Shown piece after piece: positions 52,125-64,000 of a DNA stretch of 64,000 nucleotides. The translations under genes were made by a program, and so were the position numbers. The DNA comes from Octopus bimaculoides. Its lineage: Eukaryota. The notes under the pieces were generated by a model. That model had not been told where the DNA came from, searched no databases, and was given only the letters and a program-made list of their open reading frames with translations. Location of the stretch: positions 55,094,427 through 55,158,426 of the forward strand of contig NC_068981.1 of the NCBI RefSeq assembly GCF_001194135.2. Reading direction: 5' to 3'. How positions within the stretch are numbered: position 1 is the stretch's first letter; each line of letters begins with the position of its first letter.

Positions 52125-53258
52125 GCACAATGTAAGAAATCATAATTATTGAAGGGGCGCCTAGACAGCACCCGATATTTCCTGTCTGATTTAAAGAAAC
52201 AAATATACAGTAATATTTTTAAATCTATTAAAACCATTTGATTATAGTATGTGATAAAAAAAAGTAAAAATTTCTAATATTATAGATATCATAATTAGTT
52301 CTGTAAACAGTATTACAGTATTTTTAATATTTTTCAAGAATTAACTTTTGATTGTTCTTTAATAGTCTAAAGTTATATTTTGCACAGAGTTAACATCCAA
52401 CACATCCACAAACACATATGTTAACAATCAAAGTTCCTGTGTATGAGCAGGTTAATGGTTAAAGCATATGTGTATATGTGTAGTGAAGTTAATAGTAAAA
52501 GCATTCTAGACGCAAGTTAAATGTCGAAACCCCGGTGAGCTCAAAGAAATCCAAAATGAAAACGAGGTCATTTTGTGTAGAATATATCGTACGTTACAAT
52601 CTAGCTAGAATAATAACTGTTTGGGGAACTCCTAAGTTTTTGTATGTTATCTGAAATATTACATCATATTTTCGATATAACATCTTAACTCTTACACACC
52701 TTATATAATTACTGAAATACTCATGACTCTTCTATTAAATATAATTTAGCAAATAGTTTTGTTTAAACTAGTTCTGATCTACGCTCGAGATGGTGAAGGC
52801 GTCGTTAAAATTGTGGTGGAAGAAAAGGAGGATTGCTTTTAAATACCACCAGACTGTTTAACCATATTTAATAAACCAAAGAATTTATCTTTTCTTTAGA
52901 GGTGTTTGAGCAACTCCACTGGCAACATTTCATAAATATATTGCTGCTGCGAAAGTAAGGGATATGGGTGACTTTAAGTTCAGGCAAAATAACTAGTTTG
53001 TATAATGTAGGATTTTGTGAAATCAACCTCTCCACACAACTTAACTTCTATTTGTCTGATAACTGACATATTGCATTCATTAAAGTCATACTCTAGATTG
53101 AAAAATATTTTAAAAGTCTCATCGCAAAATGCCAGGCTTAGATAACGAATATTTTATAACCTTTAACTGAATGTGAAAACCGATAGTTTCTTTCTATTTC
53201 TTCCTGTTTCTTGTTTCCTTTTTTCTTTCTTAGTCCCCACCACCACCACCACCACACC

Positions 53259-53325
<67 letters not shown>

Positions 53326-55309
53326 AAGGGTTGTTCTAAGGCGAAGACACAAATAAGTGTTTCTTGCATAAACATAAAGCTTGAAATTAGTAGTGAAATG
53401 GGAAACATAATGTTGAAACGTGGGATTTCTTTAAAAAATATAAATAAATGAGAAATATATTTTTAAAAAAACAATCAAAATCTTAAAACACTATAATTTA
53501 TTTATTTGGTAAGCATAAGTAATAAAGGATAAGACTATAAACTGAAATTGGTCCCCTCGATTCAAAATACGCAAACAGAGACAAGACAAAAATTAATTGG
53601 AAAGAGGAATGGGACTTTGTGAGACTTGTGCCTTCCTCACTGATATTTCAGAATTTCAGACGTAAGTAAAATGATATGGCTCCGATGGAGAATGCAACTT
53701 TTCGATGTGTTCAGAAATTAAGAAAAGAAGCTGTAATGACAAAGATCCATTGAAAAAGTATTGTTATATTTCTTCACGAAAAAACACAACCTCAACTCAT
53801 GAAAACTCTCCTTTTTTGGTGGTGAGTGCTCAGAAGTGACTCTGAAATTTGCGATATGGAGATTTTAATGTTATAATTTTGTCACTTATATTATTGTTAT
53901 TTTTGTTGCAACTGCCGTTGTTGTAGTTGTGGTTCTTGTTGTTGCTTTTGTTTTTGTCTTGTTTGTCATCACGTTAGCTCTGTGCAAGCAAACCTCATAT
54001 AAGAGGCAATCCCCGCCACGACTACCTCGTTTTTTTTTTTAATTCTATATTTAGGCCTACGTTGCTTTATGAGTTCTTACATATTTATTTTTAAGATGGT
54101 AAGTCCAATTTTGAAGATGACTTGGTTGCTATTTCTAGCAAGTCGAGCTCTCCCACGTAGATGTTACCTCGTTGACTAATTGTTGTTATGGTTGCTGTTG
54201 CTGCTACTGCTGTTGTTTTGCTGAATTGCTTCACGCTATTTTGGTAGAGATGCTATAAAAAGGTACCCACCAATAAAATAATAAATGAAATCTCACAGAA
54301 CAAACCGTACCTTTCAACTTGACATTCCCATTTTTAATATGGACGTCATTTTACTGTCCTCACATTAGTTTCAAACAACGAACATTATAAAAGCTACGGG
54401 CTGGAATCCTGTGGATCAGGCTTTCTTGATTATGTTAGTAGTGATATTGGTGTAATTATTGTTTCTCCTACTGCTGCTACTCCTGCTGTAGCTCTACTCG
54501 CAAATGCTGCACCCACTGCACCTCATATTCATGCTAATAGTAATGATGGGGAGGATCATGATAATTATGTTGATCATGACGATGGTGCTGGTGGTGGCAG
54601 CGACTTTAATGATGGGGATGGCGACGATGAATATGTTTCTCTAAGAATGAAAACTTCTTAAAAGAAAACAAATTAGTCACTATTCTCGTGCCTATCCAAA
54701 CAAAATATAAACTATATATACAAAAAAAAATCTACAAGATCTGCTGTTATTCTAATCTCTTGAATTGAATTACACTTTACAAATCTCTAAACAACAGATT
54801 TCTGTGTTTGCTGAAAGAGTTAACTTCATATTTAATATGTCCAGAGTAATCTTAATCACAATGTGTATGGGTCCAACCAGCTTTTAGTTTGTGACATTAG
54901 GTGAGAAGATAGCGATCGTCTGTTATTGAAAAATGTATGAATATACACAAAGATTCAAACAAGGGCTTTTAAAATTGTATTTAGAGGTGAAATAAATACT
55001 GTCCTTTATCGATACTAGCATTAACGTGCATATGAGATTTTCTTGACATAGCTTTTGCTGGTTTTGCATTATGGATGAAGATACAATCACTGGTTATTGA
55101 TATCTGTATGCAATTATGCACACTGGCAAAGTCATGGCTATTAGTGTTGCACTGTGTGGTGAGATAAGCGTCACCCTGGTTAACGATACTACATTTTAAA
55201 AGGAACTAGTAATCCTCCACTTAGTTCTTAGTTTCAAAAGCAAAACTATTGCAATAATTACTACTACTAGTAATAATAATAATAAAAACAACAACAATAA
55301 TAATAATAA

Positions 55310-55812
55310 TGGTTTGAAATTTTCCCACAAGGGTAGCCACTTTGGGGGCTAGAATGTGTCGATTACATCGACTCCAGTGTTCCACTAGTACTCAATTTAT
55401 CGCCTCCGAAAGGATGAAAGGCAAAGTCGACCTCGGCATAATTTGAACTCAGAACGTAAAGACGGGCGAAATACCCGGCGTGCTAACGATTCTGCCAGCT
55501 CGCCGCCTTAATGACAATAATAATGAGGAGGAGGAGGAGGAGGAGGAGGAGGATAATAATGATAATAATAATAATAATAATAACAATAATAATAATAATG
55601 ATTTCAAATTTTGGTACAAGGCCAGCTATTTCGGGGGATTGGGTAAGTCGTTTAAATCGACCCCGGGATTCAACTGGTACTTATTTTATCGACCCTGATA
55701 GGATGAAAGGATGAAAGGCTAAGTTGACCTCGGCGGAATATGAACTCAGAACGCGTAGACAGACAAAATGCCGCTAAGCATTTCGTCCGGAGTGCTAATG
55801 ATTCTAACACAG
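55310..55812 (-). mobile_element. Two tandem SINE family B copies (55310-55510, 55597-55812) with (AAT)n/(GAG)n tracts
   Basis: Both contain GAAAGG(CA/CT)AAGTYGACCTCGGC..GAACTCAGAACG, the reverse complement of the family B core. Confidence 0.88.
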
Positions 55813-56299
55813 CTGCAATTACTATAGAACTATCTAGCAACAAAAAATAACCAAGTCAAAAGCTAGGTGGTGTCATTTTAGGGAAGGTACAGACACAATA
55901 ATTTATTGGTTACCAGGAAAAGCAGCCATGCTGGAATATTTTTTTCAGAAATATTTGTTTCCAGGTTTTAAAATATTTTTACACTTAATCAGTGAAACAT
56001 ACTAGTTTTAGTTTGTGTTTTCAATTTTGTCAGTTCTAAGATTCAGAATATAAATTTAGATGAAAACTGCTTGTATTTTATTTCTACTTCTAACATGGGA
56101 AGAGGCACGACTGAGACAAATAAAAGGAACAACGTCCTGACTGAGAAAGAAGTGAAGAAATTAAAAGACGGAGAAAGTTACCAAAATAGAAAATATAAAT
56201 GCAAGCACACACTTACAAATATGCATGTATGTATGTATGTATATATGTGTATCTATCTATCTATCTATATATATATATATGTATAAACATAGAACTATA

Positions 56300-56399
56300 T
56301 ATATATTCTCCAGCCTTCATCAGGTGTCTTGGGGAAATTTCGAACCTGGGTTCTCATTCCTAAGGTATTTTTCGATGTTATTACTATTATTATTATCAC

Positions 56400-56434
<35 letters not shown>

Positions 56435-56497
56435 TTACTGCCTGGAATCGAACTCGGAATCTTGGGGTTAGTAATCCGCGCTTTTAACCACTACGCC
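56300..56497 (-). mobile_element. tRNA-derived SINE family E with internal (AAT)n and a CTGATGAAGG-containing tail
   Basis: The - strand head is GGCGTAGTGGTTAAAAGCGCGGATTACTAACCCCAAGATTCCGAGTTCGATTCC (A and B boxes); the tail GAAATTTCCCCAAGACACCTGATGAAGGCTGGAG ends at (TA)n. Confidence 0.85.
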
Positions 56498-57028
56498 TTC
56501 CTTCCCTCTCTCCTTCTTGCTACCTATCGCGATATATATGCGTAATATGTATATAAGTGTTTGTGGGATGTGCGTGTGTATAATATATTTTTATGTATGT
56601 ATGCATACACGTATGTATAAGTATGTATGTTTGTATGTATGTATGTATGTATGTATATGCATCTATGCATACATGTATGTAAATATGCATACATATATGT
56701 ATACATGTATGAAAGTATATGTACGAATATGCATACATGTATGTATATGCATATACAGGCGAATATGGCAGAATCATGAGAGCGATTGATAAAATGCCTC
56801 CGTGTTCTGAGTTCAAATCACACCTAGTTCAACTGTCAAACTTTTGGGGGTCGAAAAATAGAATAACTATCGATGTTTTCTCTTCATTTTTATTTTCACT
56901 TATGCCGAATGTCTAAGTATCGAGGGAGGTGGTGGGTGTCACAAACACAGAAACAAGACACACATATATATATATGCATATGTGTGTATGTGTGTATATG
57001 TATGTCTGCATGTGTGTGTGTGTGCGTA

Positions 57029-57399
57029 TTAGGTCATCCCATAAATAATGCGGTTTTTCAATTGATTAGACTAAAAGTCGGAGGAGGACGGGATAAACTA
57101 CTTGAATCAAGGAAGTGACAAAGGAGCATATTCGGCATATTTTGCTTTATGAGTTCAATAAAAGAAAACAACGCAACGGAAAGTGCGATGAATATTAATG
57201 CAATATATGGGGATAGGACAATAAGCGTAAACCAGTGTCAACGGTGGTTCCAGAAATTCCGAACCGGAAACTACAGCCTAGAAGACGAATCACGTCCAGG
57301 AAGATCTGTAGAGCTCGACGAGCACGTCCTGCAAACCCTGGTGAAACAAAATGTCATCGTAACTATTGAGGAACTAGCAAACAAGCTTGTATTTAGTCA

Positions 57400-57404
<5 letters not shown>
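57029..57404 (+). mobile_element. 5' fragment of a mariner (Mos1/Hsmar1-like) transposon
   Basis: TA + TIR TTAGGTCATCCCATAAATAATGCGGTTTTT; KEHIRHILLYEF..AMNINAIYGDRTISVNQCQRWFQKFRTGNYSLEDESRPGRS is a mariner HTH; truncated at (TA)n. Confidence 0.95.
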
Positions 57405-57436
<32 letters not shown>

Positions 57437-57518
57437 GAGAATTTACGAAAAAAGCAACAAACGAAGACAGGTGGTGTAAACAGCAAATGGATGTATTAGT
57501 TTAACGCTCGGGAATAGA

Positions 57519-57554
57519 CTTTGACGTTTCGAGCCTACGCTCTTCAACTGAAAG
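57519..57554 (-). ncRNA. Hammerhead-like motif with altered core (probably inactive or a variant)
   Basis: The - strand reads CUUU-CAGUUGA-A-GAGC GUAG GCUC-GAAA-C GUC^-AAAG: same architecture as 45380-45418, but CAGUUGA replaces CUGANGA. Confidence 0.5.
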
Positions 57555-59459
57555 GAACACAGAAAGAAACAAGGAGAGGAACAAGGAGAAAAAATATATA
57601 AATGTATATATATATATATATTCACAAGTTATTGATCGGCGCGAGGTGTGATAGTAGAAGACACCTGCCCAAAGTGCTGCGCAGTGGGACACAACCTGCA
57701 ACCAAAGAGTTGCAAAGCGAGCTTCTTTACCACACAGCCATTATATACAAATGAAATTAGTTACATGCCTATTAACCCCAGCTTGTGTAACTTTTTAAAT
57801 TTATTTATTTATTTATTTACTTAAAAAAATACAGCTATCTTTTGATGAAACAGAATATACTTTATTCTGTTCGTAAAAAACAACAGGCAATGAACTAGCA
57901 AGCAAATATACGGTTTCACATCAATACATAACTTGGCTCGTAGCGAAATGAGACCTTCAAAGGCCGTGAACCTTCTATCAGTATGCACGTACTTGTTTAC
58001 ATTTCAACGGATAGCCTGTAGCTACTGTTAAAAGCAGTTTTAGAATGAGAGAGGTGTTATAATCATCCACTCATTAAAAATGAAACTTGATAGCTTGAGT
58101 CTTATCCCATACTTCTGAAAAGTTCCTCGTGGGTCTGACTTCGCAGCGAAATTAAACGTGCATGGATGCGTATAAATACATGTATTATTCATTGTACACG
58201 CTGTGTTGACATTCTAGATAGTTGTATACTTACACACGAGTTCATTCATGCATATGTATAGTCAATATGCATGTATATTGAAGCACACGCACACGCGCAC
58301 GCACACATACACAAACGCACAAATCCATACATATAGAGAAACATAAATGCATACATGCAAACATACATACATACATACATACATACATACATACATACAT
58401 ACATACATACGTACATACATGTCTGTCTGCCTGTCTATGGTTTCGCATCCAGAAAGCCTTTAGCTTTATAGACGACGCGTCAGACTCTGATGGCAGAGGG
58501 CATAGAACCTCTCTTCAAATATATATTTATAATATATAAATATATGCATGGAAAGCGAATAGGGTGAATCATTCGAGCATGAAATACATTGTTTTGCGAC
58601 ATTCGTTCCAGCATTCCATGCTCTGGGTTCAAATAATGCTGATGTCAACCTTGTNNNNNNNNNNNNNNNNNNNNNNNNNNNNNNNNNNNNNNNNNNNNNN
58701 NNNNNNNNNNNNNNNNNNNNNNNNNNNNNNNNNNNNNNNNNNNNNNNNNNNNNNNNNNNNNNNNNNNNNNNNNNNNNNNNNNNNNNNNNNNNNNNNNNNN
58801 NNTTTTCCTCTTTTTCATCGCATCTGTCTTTAAGCAAGAGATCTGTTATGATCAGACATAGAAAGGGATGGCCCCTGCCAGGTCGACAATTGCCCTATAT
58901 ACACCCGTGCATCACACTGTACTACTATGATACAGTCAGACATTGAACGCAGAAGGTACACGTGTGTATTTGTACATTAATATGTGTTTGTGTGTGCGCG
59001 CGCGTGTTACGTTTTTGTATTTGTTTTGCAAGAATCTGGGTGTGAAATTGTATGTTGAAACAGATATTGTTGTACTTTCGGAGGGATGATCATGTTGCCA
59101 ATTAAAACTCGTGTAATGGCTGTTTCCATTTCAGCTTTGTAATCAATTATTTTAGATAATTAGAGAGATACATCGTCATCAATAAGTTCAAAGGCTACGA
59201 CGAAAAAACATTGATGAGCCAATTGCTCAATTAATTAATCATTAATTATTTAACCAGTTATTAAATGATTCGATAATAAAACTAACTCAAAATACATTCG
59301 GTGCTTCTATGTTGTGATTTTCAACATAACCCATAAATTGCAAGACTAAAGTGTGTGTGTGTGTGTGTACTCAGCGAGAAGTACTGAGCAATTCTTCAGT
59401 TTAATGTTAAATTGTTTTTAACTCGACATAAAACAAACATTAATATTTACATACATTAA

Positions 59460-60488
59460 GGCGGCGAGCTGGGAGAAACGTTAGCACGCCGAGCTAAATG
59501 CTTAGCGGTATTTCGTCTACCGTTACCTTCTGAGTTCAAATACCGCCGAGGTCAACTTTGCCTTTCATCCTTTCAGGTTCGATAAGTTAAGTACCAGTTA
59601 CGCACTGGGTCGATGTAATCGACTTAATCCCTCTGTCTGTCTTTGTTTGTCTCCTCTATGTTTAGCTCCTTGTAGGCAATAAAGAAATAAGAAACGTTAG
59701 ACTTTGCCTTTCATCCTTTCGGGGTCGATTAAATAAGTGCCAGTTACGCACTGGGGTCGATATAATCGACTTAATCCGTTTGTCTGTCCTTGTTTATCCA
59801 ATCTGTGTGTAGCCCCTTGTAGGCAGTAAAGAAATAAGAAATGTCAGCACATTGGACGAAACGCTTAGCGGTATTTCGTCTGTCTTTACGTTCTGATTTC
59901 AAATTCCGCCGAGATCGACTTTGCCTTTTATCCTTTCGGGGTCGATAAATTAAGTACGATAAATTGAGTACTGTAGTCGATCTAATCGACTGGCTCCCTC
60001 CCCGAAAGTTTCGGACCTTGTGCCTAGAGTAGAAAAGAATATTTACATCCATAAAAGGCGGTGAGCTGGCAGTACTTAATTTATCGTAAGTACGCCGGGT
60101 AAAATGCTTCACGTTCTGAGTTCAAATTCGTAGAAGTCAATTTTGCCTTTCATCCTTTCGGAGTCGATAAAATAAGCACCAGTTGTGTACTGGAGTCGAT
60201 ATAATCGACTTATCCCCTCCCTCGAAATTGTTGGCCTTGTGGCAACATTAGAAATCCATGTTTACATACATAAGGTGGGGAGCTGGCGGAAATCGTTAAC
60301 GCACCAGGCAATATGCTTAGCGGCATTTCGGCCGTCTGCAAGTTCTGAGCTCAAATTCCGCTGAGGTTGACTTTGTCTTTCGACCTTTCGGGGTCGATAA
60401 AATAAATACCAATTGATGAATGGTGTCAATGTAACCTACTTAGCTCCTCCCTGGAATTGCTGGCCTTGTGCCAAAATTTGAAACCAAC

Positions 60489-60490
<2 letters not shown>
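59460..60490 (+). mobile_element. Array of five same-orientation SINE family B copies with three tail types
   Basis: Copies start at ~59460, ~59700, ~59842, 60057 and 60274; each has the GCCTTTCATCCTTTCGGGGTCGAT-like core. Confidence 0.92.
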
Positions 60491-60530
<40 letters not shown>

Positions 60531-60804
60531 NNNNNNNNNNNNNNNNNNNNNNNNNNNNNNNNNNNNNNNNNNNNNNNNNNNNNNNNNNNNNNNNNNNNNN
60601 NNNNNNNNNNNNNNNNNNNNNNNNNNNNNNNNNNNNNNNNNNNNNNNNNNNNNNNNNNNNNNNNNNNNNNNNNNNNNNNNNNNNNNNNNNNNNNNNNNNN
60701 NNNNNNNNNNNNNNACTCACTACCCTATATTTTACGTCTATCTATATATATTTTCCCCTTACATTTCCACATGTAGTTTCTACTTTGTTTTTTTAACACA
60801 TCTC

Positions 60805-60840
<36 letters not shown>

Positions 60841-61087
60841 TTTTACTCTTTTACCTGTTTCAGTCATTTGACTGCGGCCATCCTGGAGTACCGCCTGTAG
60901 TTGAGCAAATCGACCCCAGGACTTATTCTTTGTAAGCCTAGTACTTATTCTATCGGTGTCTTTTGCCGAATCGCTAAGTTACGGGGACATAAACGCACCA
61001 TCATCGGTTGTCAAGCGATGTTGTGGAGACAAACTGAACCCGGAACCTTGTGGTTGGTAAGCAAGCTACTTACTACACAGCCACGCT
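60841..61087 (-). mobile_element. SINE family A with internal deletion
   Basis: Tail module is joined directly to the head (GGAGACAAAC|TGAACCCGGAACC); the body is missing. Confidence 0.9.
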
Positions 61088-61181
61088 TGCATACATATAT
61101 ATGTATGCACGTACACATATATAGCAGGTAATATGTATATGTTATTGTTTGTGCGGTAATTCCATGACCAATCTGTATATA

Positions 61182-61357
61182 GGAGCAGGAGTGGCTGTGT
61201 GGTAAGTAGCTTGCTAACCAGCCACATGGTTCCAGGTTTAGTCCCATTGTGTGGCACCTTGGGCGAGTGTCTTCTGCTGTCACCTCGTGCCGACCAAAGC
61301 CTTTTGAGTGGATTTGGTAGACGGAAACTGAAAGAAGCCCGTCGTATATGCGTGCGC

Positions 61358-61396
<39 letters not shown>

Positions 61397-61606
61397 AGCT
61401 TGTTTGTCTGTGTTTGTCCCCCCACCATCGCTTGACAACCGATGCTGGTGTGTTTAAGTTTCCGTATCTTAGCGGTTCGGCAAAAGACACCGATAGAAGA
61501 AGTACTAGGCTTACAAAGAATAAGTACTAGTATCGATTTGTTCGACTAAAGGCGGTGCTCCAGGATGGTCGCAGTTAAATGACTGAAACAAATAAAAGAG
61601 TAAAAG
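61182..61606 (+). mobile_element. Full-length SINE family A
   Basis: Head with A and B boxes, body, internal (TG)n, and tail ending GACTGAAACAAATAAAAGAGTAAAAG. Confidence 0.93.
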
Positions 61607-62142
61607 GGTATAATAGTTCAAACTTACAACATTTTGTTACTCAAACTTTCAAGTGTCTCTCCTAGGACGATCCTCAAACGAGATTGAGTGTTCCTAAAGA
61701 GATAACTTTCATTTTTGAGCGCAGTTAGTCATTTTGTTGACTTGTGATCTGGAGTTTCTGTGTTTAATCTGATTCGATAGTTCTATTGAGACTGACTCGT
61801 AGAATTTATTGTCGTATGAACACTTAGAAATTAGTTCCGTTCTCCAGTGTAAGGTCTGTATTTTTTCTTTGGTAAGTATTAAATATTTCTCCTCATTGCA
61901 GATATTACAATAATTACTGTTACTGAAGAGCAGTATTGACTAGAATATATTCATGTTAACAATATTGTGCTTTTTTAAGTACCATTTACGGCTTGATAAT
62001 TTTATGCTTTTTTTTTACCTGTCTCCAATGTCTGAAGGTTAACTTATAATCAAAATACCGGCTCTTGAAGCTATCCATACACAACACAGTAGAATAGTTC
62101 TGACGAATGAAGCCCAGCTCATCAAATCAGCGCACACCTTAC

Positions 62143-62310
62143 ATAGGAGATCAGAATTAATTTATAACTGCAGATATGATAAGTTGTACTTTCCAATTTC
62201 ACAAGAACTATTGAGCCACATTTGATACTAACAAAAGAACAACCGGAAGTCAATATATCACCATCTTGTCCGTAAGAGAAAACCGAAAACGAACAAAAGC
62301 ATGATCCAAG
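62143..62310 (-). CDS. Candidate - strand exon (LGSCFCSFSVFSYGQDGDILTSGCSFVSIKCGSIVLVKLESTTYHICSYKLILISY)
   Basis: 168 nt, phase 0-0, only this frame is open; acceptor TTTTTTTTATTTATCAG, donor TAT|GTAAGG. No partner exon identified. Confidence 0.3.
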
Positions 62311-64000
62311 CTGATAAATAAAAAAAAAACTGATGATAAGATATATCTGTTCCAGCATCAGCCCCGTCTGAGGATAGTCAAATGACAGAGGGATTAAAAA
62401 CGGAAAGTTGTAAGCTGGGATTTTAACCCTATGTATTGTGTGTGTGTGTCTATCTGTCTGTCTGTCTTTCTGCCTGTCTGTCTGTTTGTCTGTGTGCGTG
62501 AGTGTATGTGTGTCTATGTATTGTGTGGATATGCATACACACAAATACCCGCACAAAAAACATAGAACATAATTTGTGAAACCCCATCTCTAGGATCAAG
62601 AGAAACAGAATTTGCAACACACTATTAGTGTCTGGCAATTAAACTATTTACTTTCGTCTCCCATTTTATTTATATATTTATTTGATTGTTTATATGTCTG
62701 TTGTTCAATGCTGTTGTAACAAATCTGAAACTGACTGCGTTGTTTTTGGTTAAAACTGTGTTAGCTCTCGAAAAGCCGATCTAATGATTTGGCCTATTAT
62801 GAGACTTGAAGTCAGTATGAAGAAGTTTAACATATCTCCAAAAGTTATTTTATGTGAAGTATTCGCGATTTTTTAAATTTTATCTTTTTTACCTAGTTGT
62901 GTCAAGAAAATAGGTCGTTATTTTATTCTTATTTATTTATTTATTTATGCATGCATGTTTTCGTATCTGTGTAATTAACTATCTGTTGAAATTGAAAGCA
63001 TCCAGAAGAGAATTTCTTGTTAGTCGAGACAGGAGATTTTTAGTATTTTGTTTTCTCTGTAAACCTTAAAGAGATGTAGGATTACCAACTAGATTATGAA
63101 GTATACAGTATTTTCTCCCTTCCCTTTCATATGAAAAGACTTTGGCATGTTTCCACGAAGTAGAGCTGATAGAAACTATGTCTGGATGATACCAATGTTG
63201 AAATAACGTTGATGCTTCATAACAAAATAGAAATTTGATAATGAAGACGAAGTGTCTGTAAAAGTATATAAACCGCTGTAGTCTATCGCATGTACTGCTG
63301 ATAATTTAGAATATTAAAGACTATATTTCACAATATATTTAATACTTTATTATATTAATCAGTAGATTTGTTTAGCTATATCTCTACTTTAAAGTGTAGA
63401 AGCCAGGAAAGCTTTATGAAGAATTGTGCATTTGTTGATATAAATGGTGTAACCATATGAAATATTACTTACATGTAGAATGATACATCTTCAAGTATTT
63501 CAAGTATTTGAACAAACCTCCAACCTTGAGTAATACACACCACAAGAGATAATTCACTAGTCACTCGCTTTGATTCTCTAGTCTCTATCAAACTACCAAA
63601 CCCTGGGGAAAAGCAGATCCTTAAAGCTTATCAAAATTATGTAATGATAATCCGTCACGCAATGGTTTAAAACCTTCACCTGGTCCTTGGACGGCTTGAG
63701 TATGTTCCGCTCTATTGCATTCAAGACAGGTCACCCATCTGAGTATAACTTTCTTTCTTCACCAGTACCAGAAGACTGAAAAAGACCCATGGGCACTTCC
63801 AGTCTTCTTTTAAAGATAAACAAAATAACACAATAAAGAGTATATTCTTTGTCAATACTATTCTTCATGACACAATTGCAGATATAAAAATAATTATATC
63901 CAAAATAAGAATAACTGTGTCAATCAAATAGCTATTAACAGAGATTAATGCAAAGCATTGATATGCGAAATGTACGCGCGTACGCACACACATTATATAT

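Noticed and set aside
56432-56497. tRNA-like sequence on the - strand
   Set aside because: It has A and B boxes but no closed acceptor stem and continues into a SINE body and tail; it is a SINE head, not a tRNA gene.

Overview
This is not prokaryotic DNA. It is an AT-rich, microsatellite-dense animal region with many N gaps next to (TA)n/(TG)n runs. The SINE families look like those of coleoid cephalopods, probably Octopus (recognised from memory, no database search). Nearly all listed six-frame ORFs are microsatellite, gap or repeat artefacts. Most interpretable sequence is fossil mobile DNA: hAT, piggyBac, mariner, Tigger/pogo, RTE, RLE-type and CR1/L2-group LINEs, Penelope-like GIY-YIG remnants, several tRNA-derived SINE families, MITEs and foldback elements. 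Between these, I find a phase-compatible chain of small candidate exons for an unidentified + strand gene (about 6.1-52.1 kb), preceded by a CRE cluster and a TATA box. The most notable observations are: (1) hammerhead ribozyme folds tied to Penelope-type sequence (27168-27250 +, 45380-45418 -, and a core variant at 57519-57554 -); (2) the CRE/TATA/GTGAGT promoter-like unit at 5.5-6.2 kb; (3) several long inverted repeats able to form dsRNA; (4) a five-copy SINE pile-up at a repeated target motif. All gene models are unverified hand predictions.
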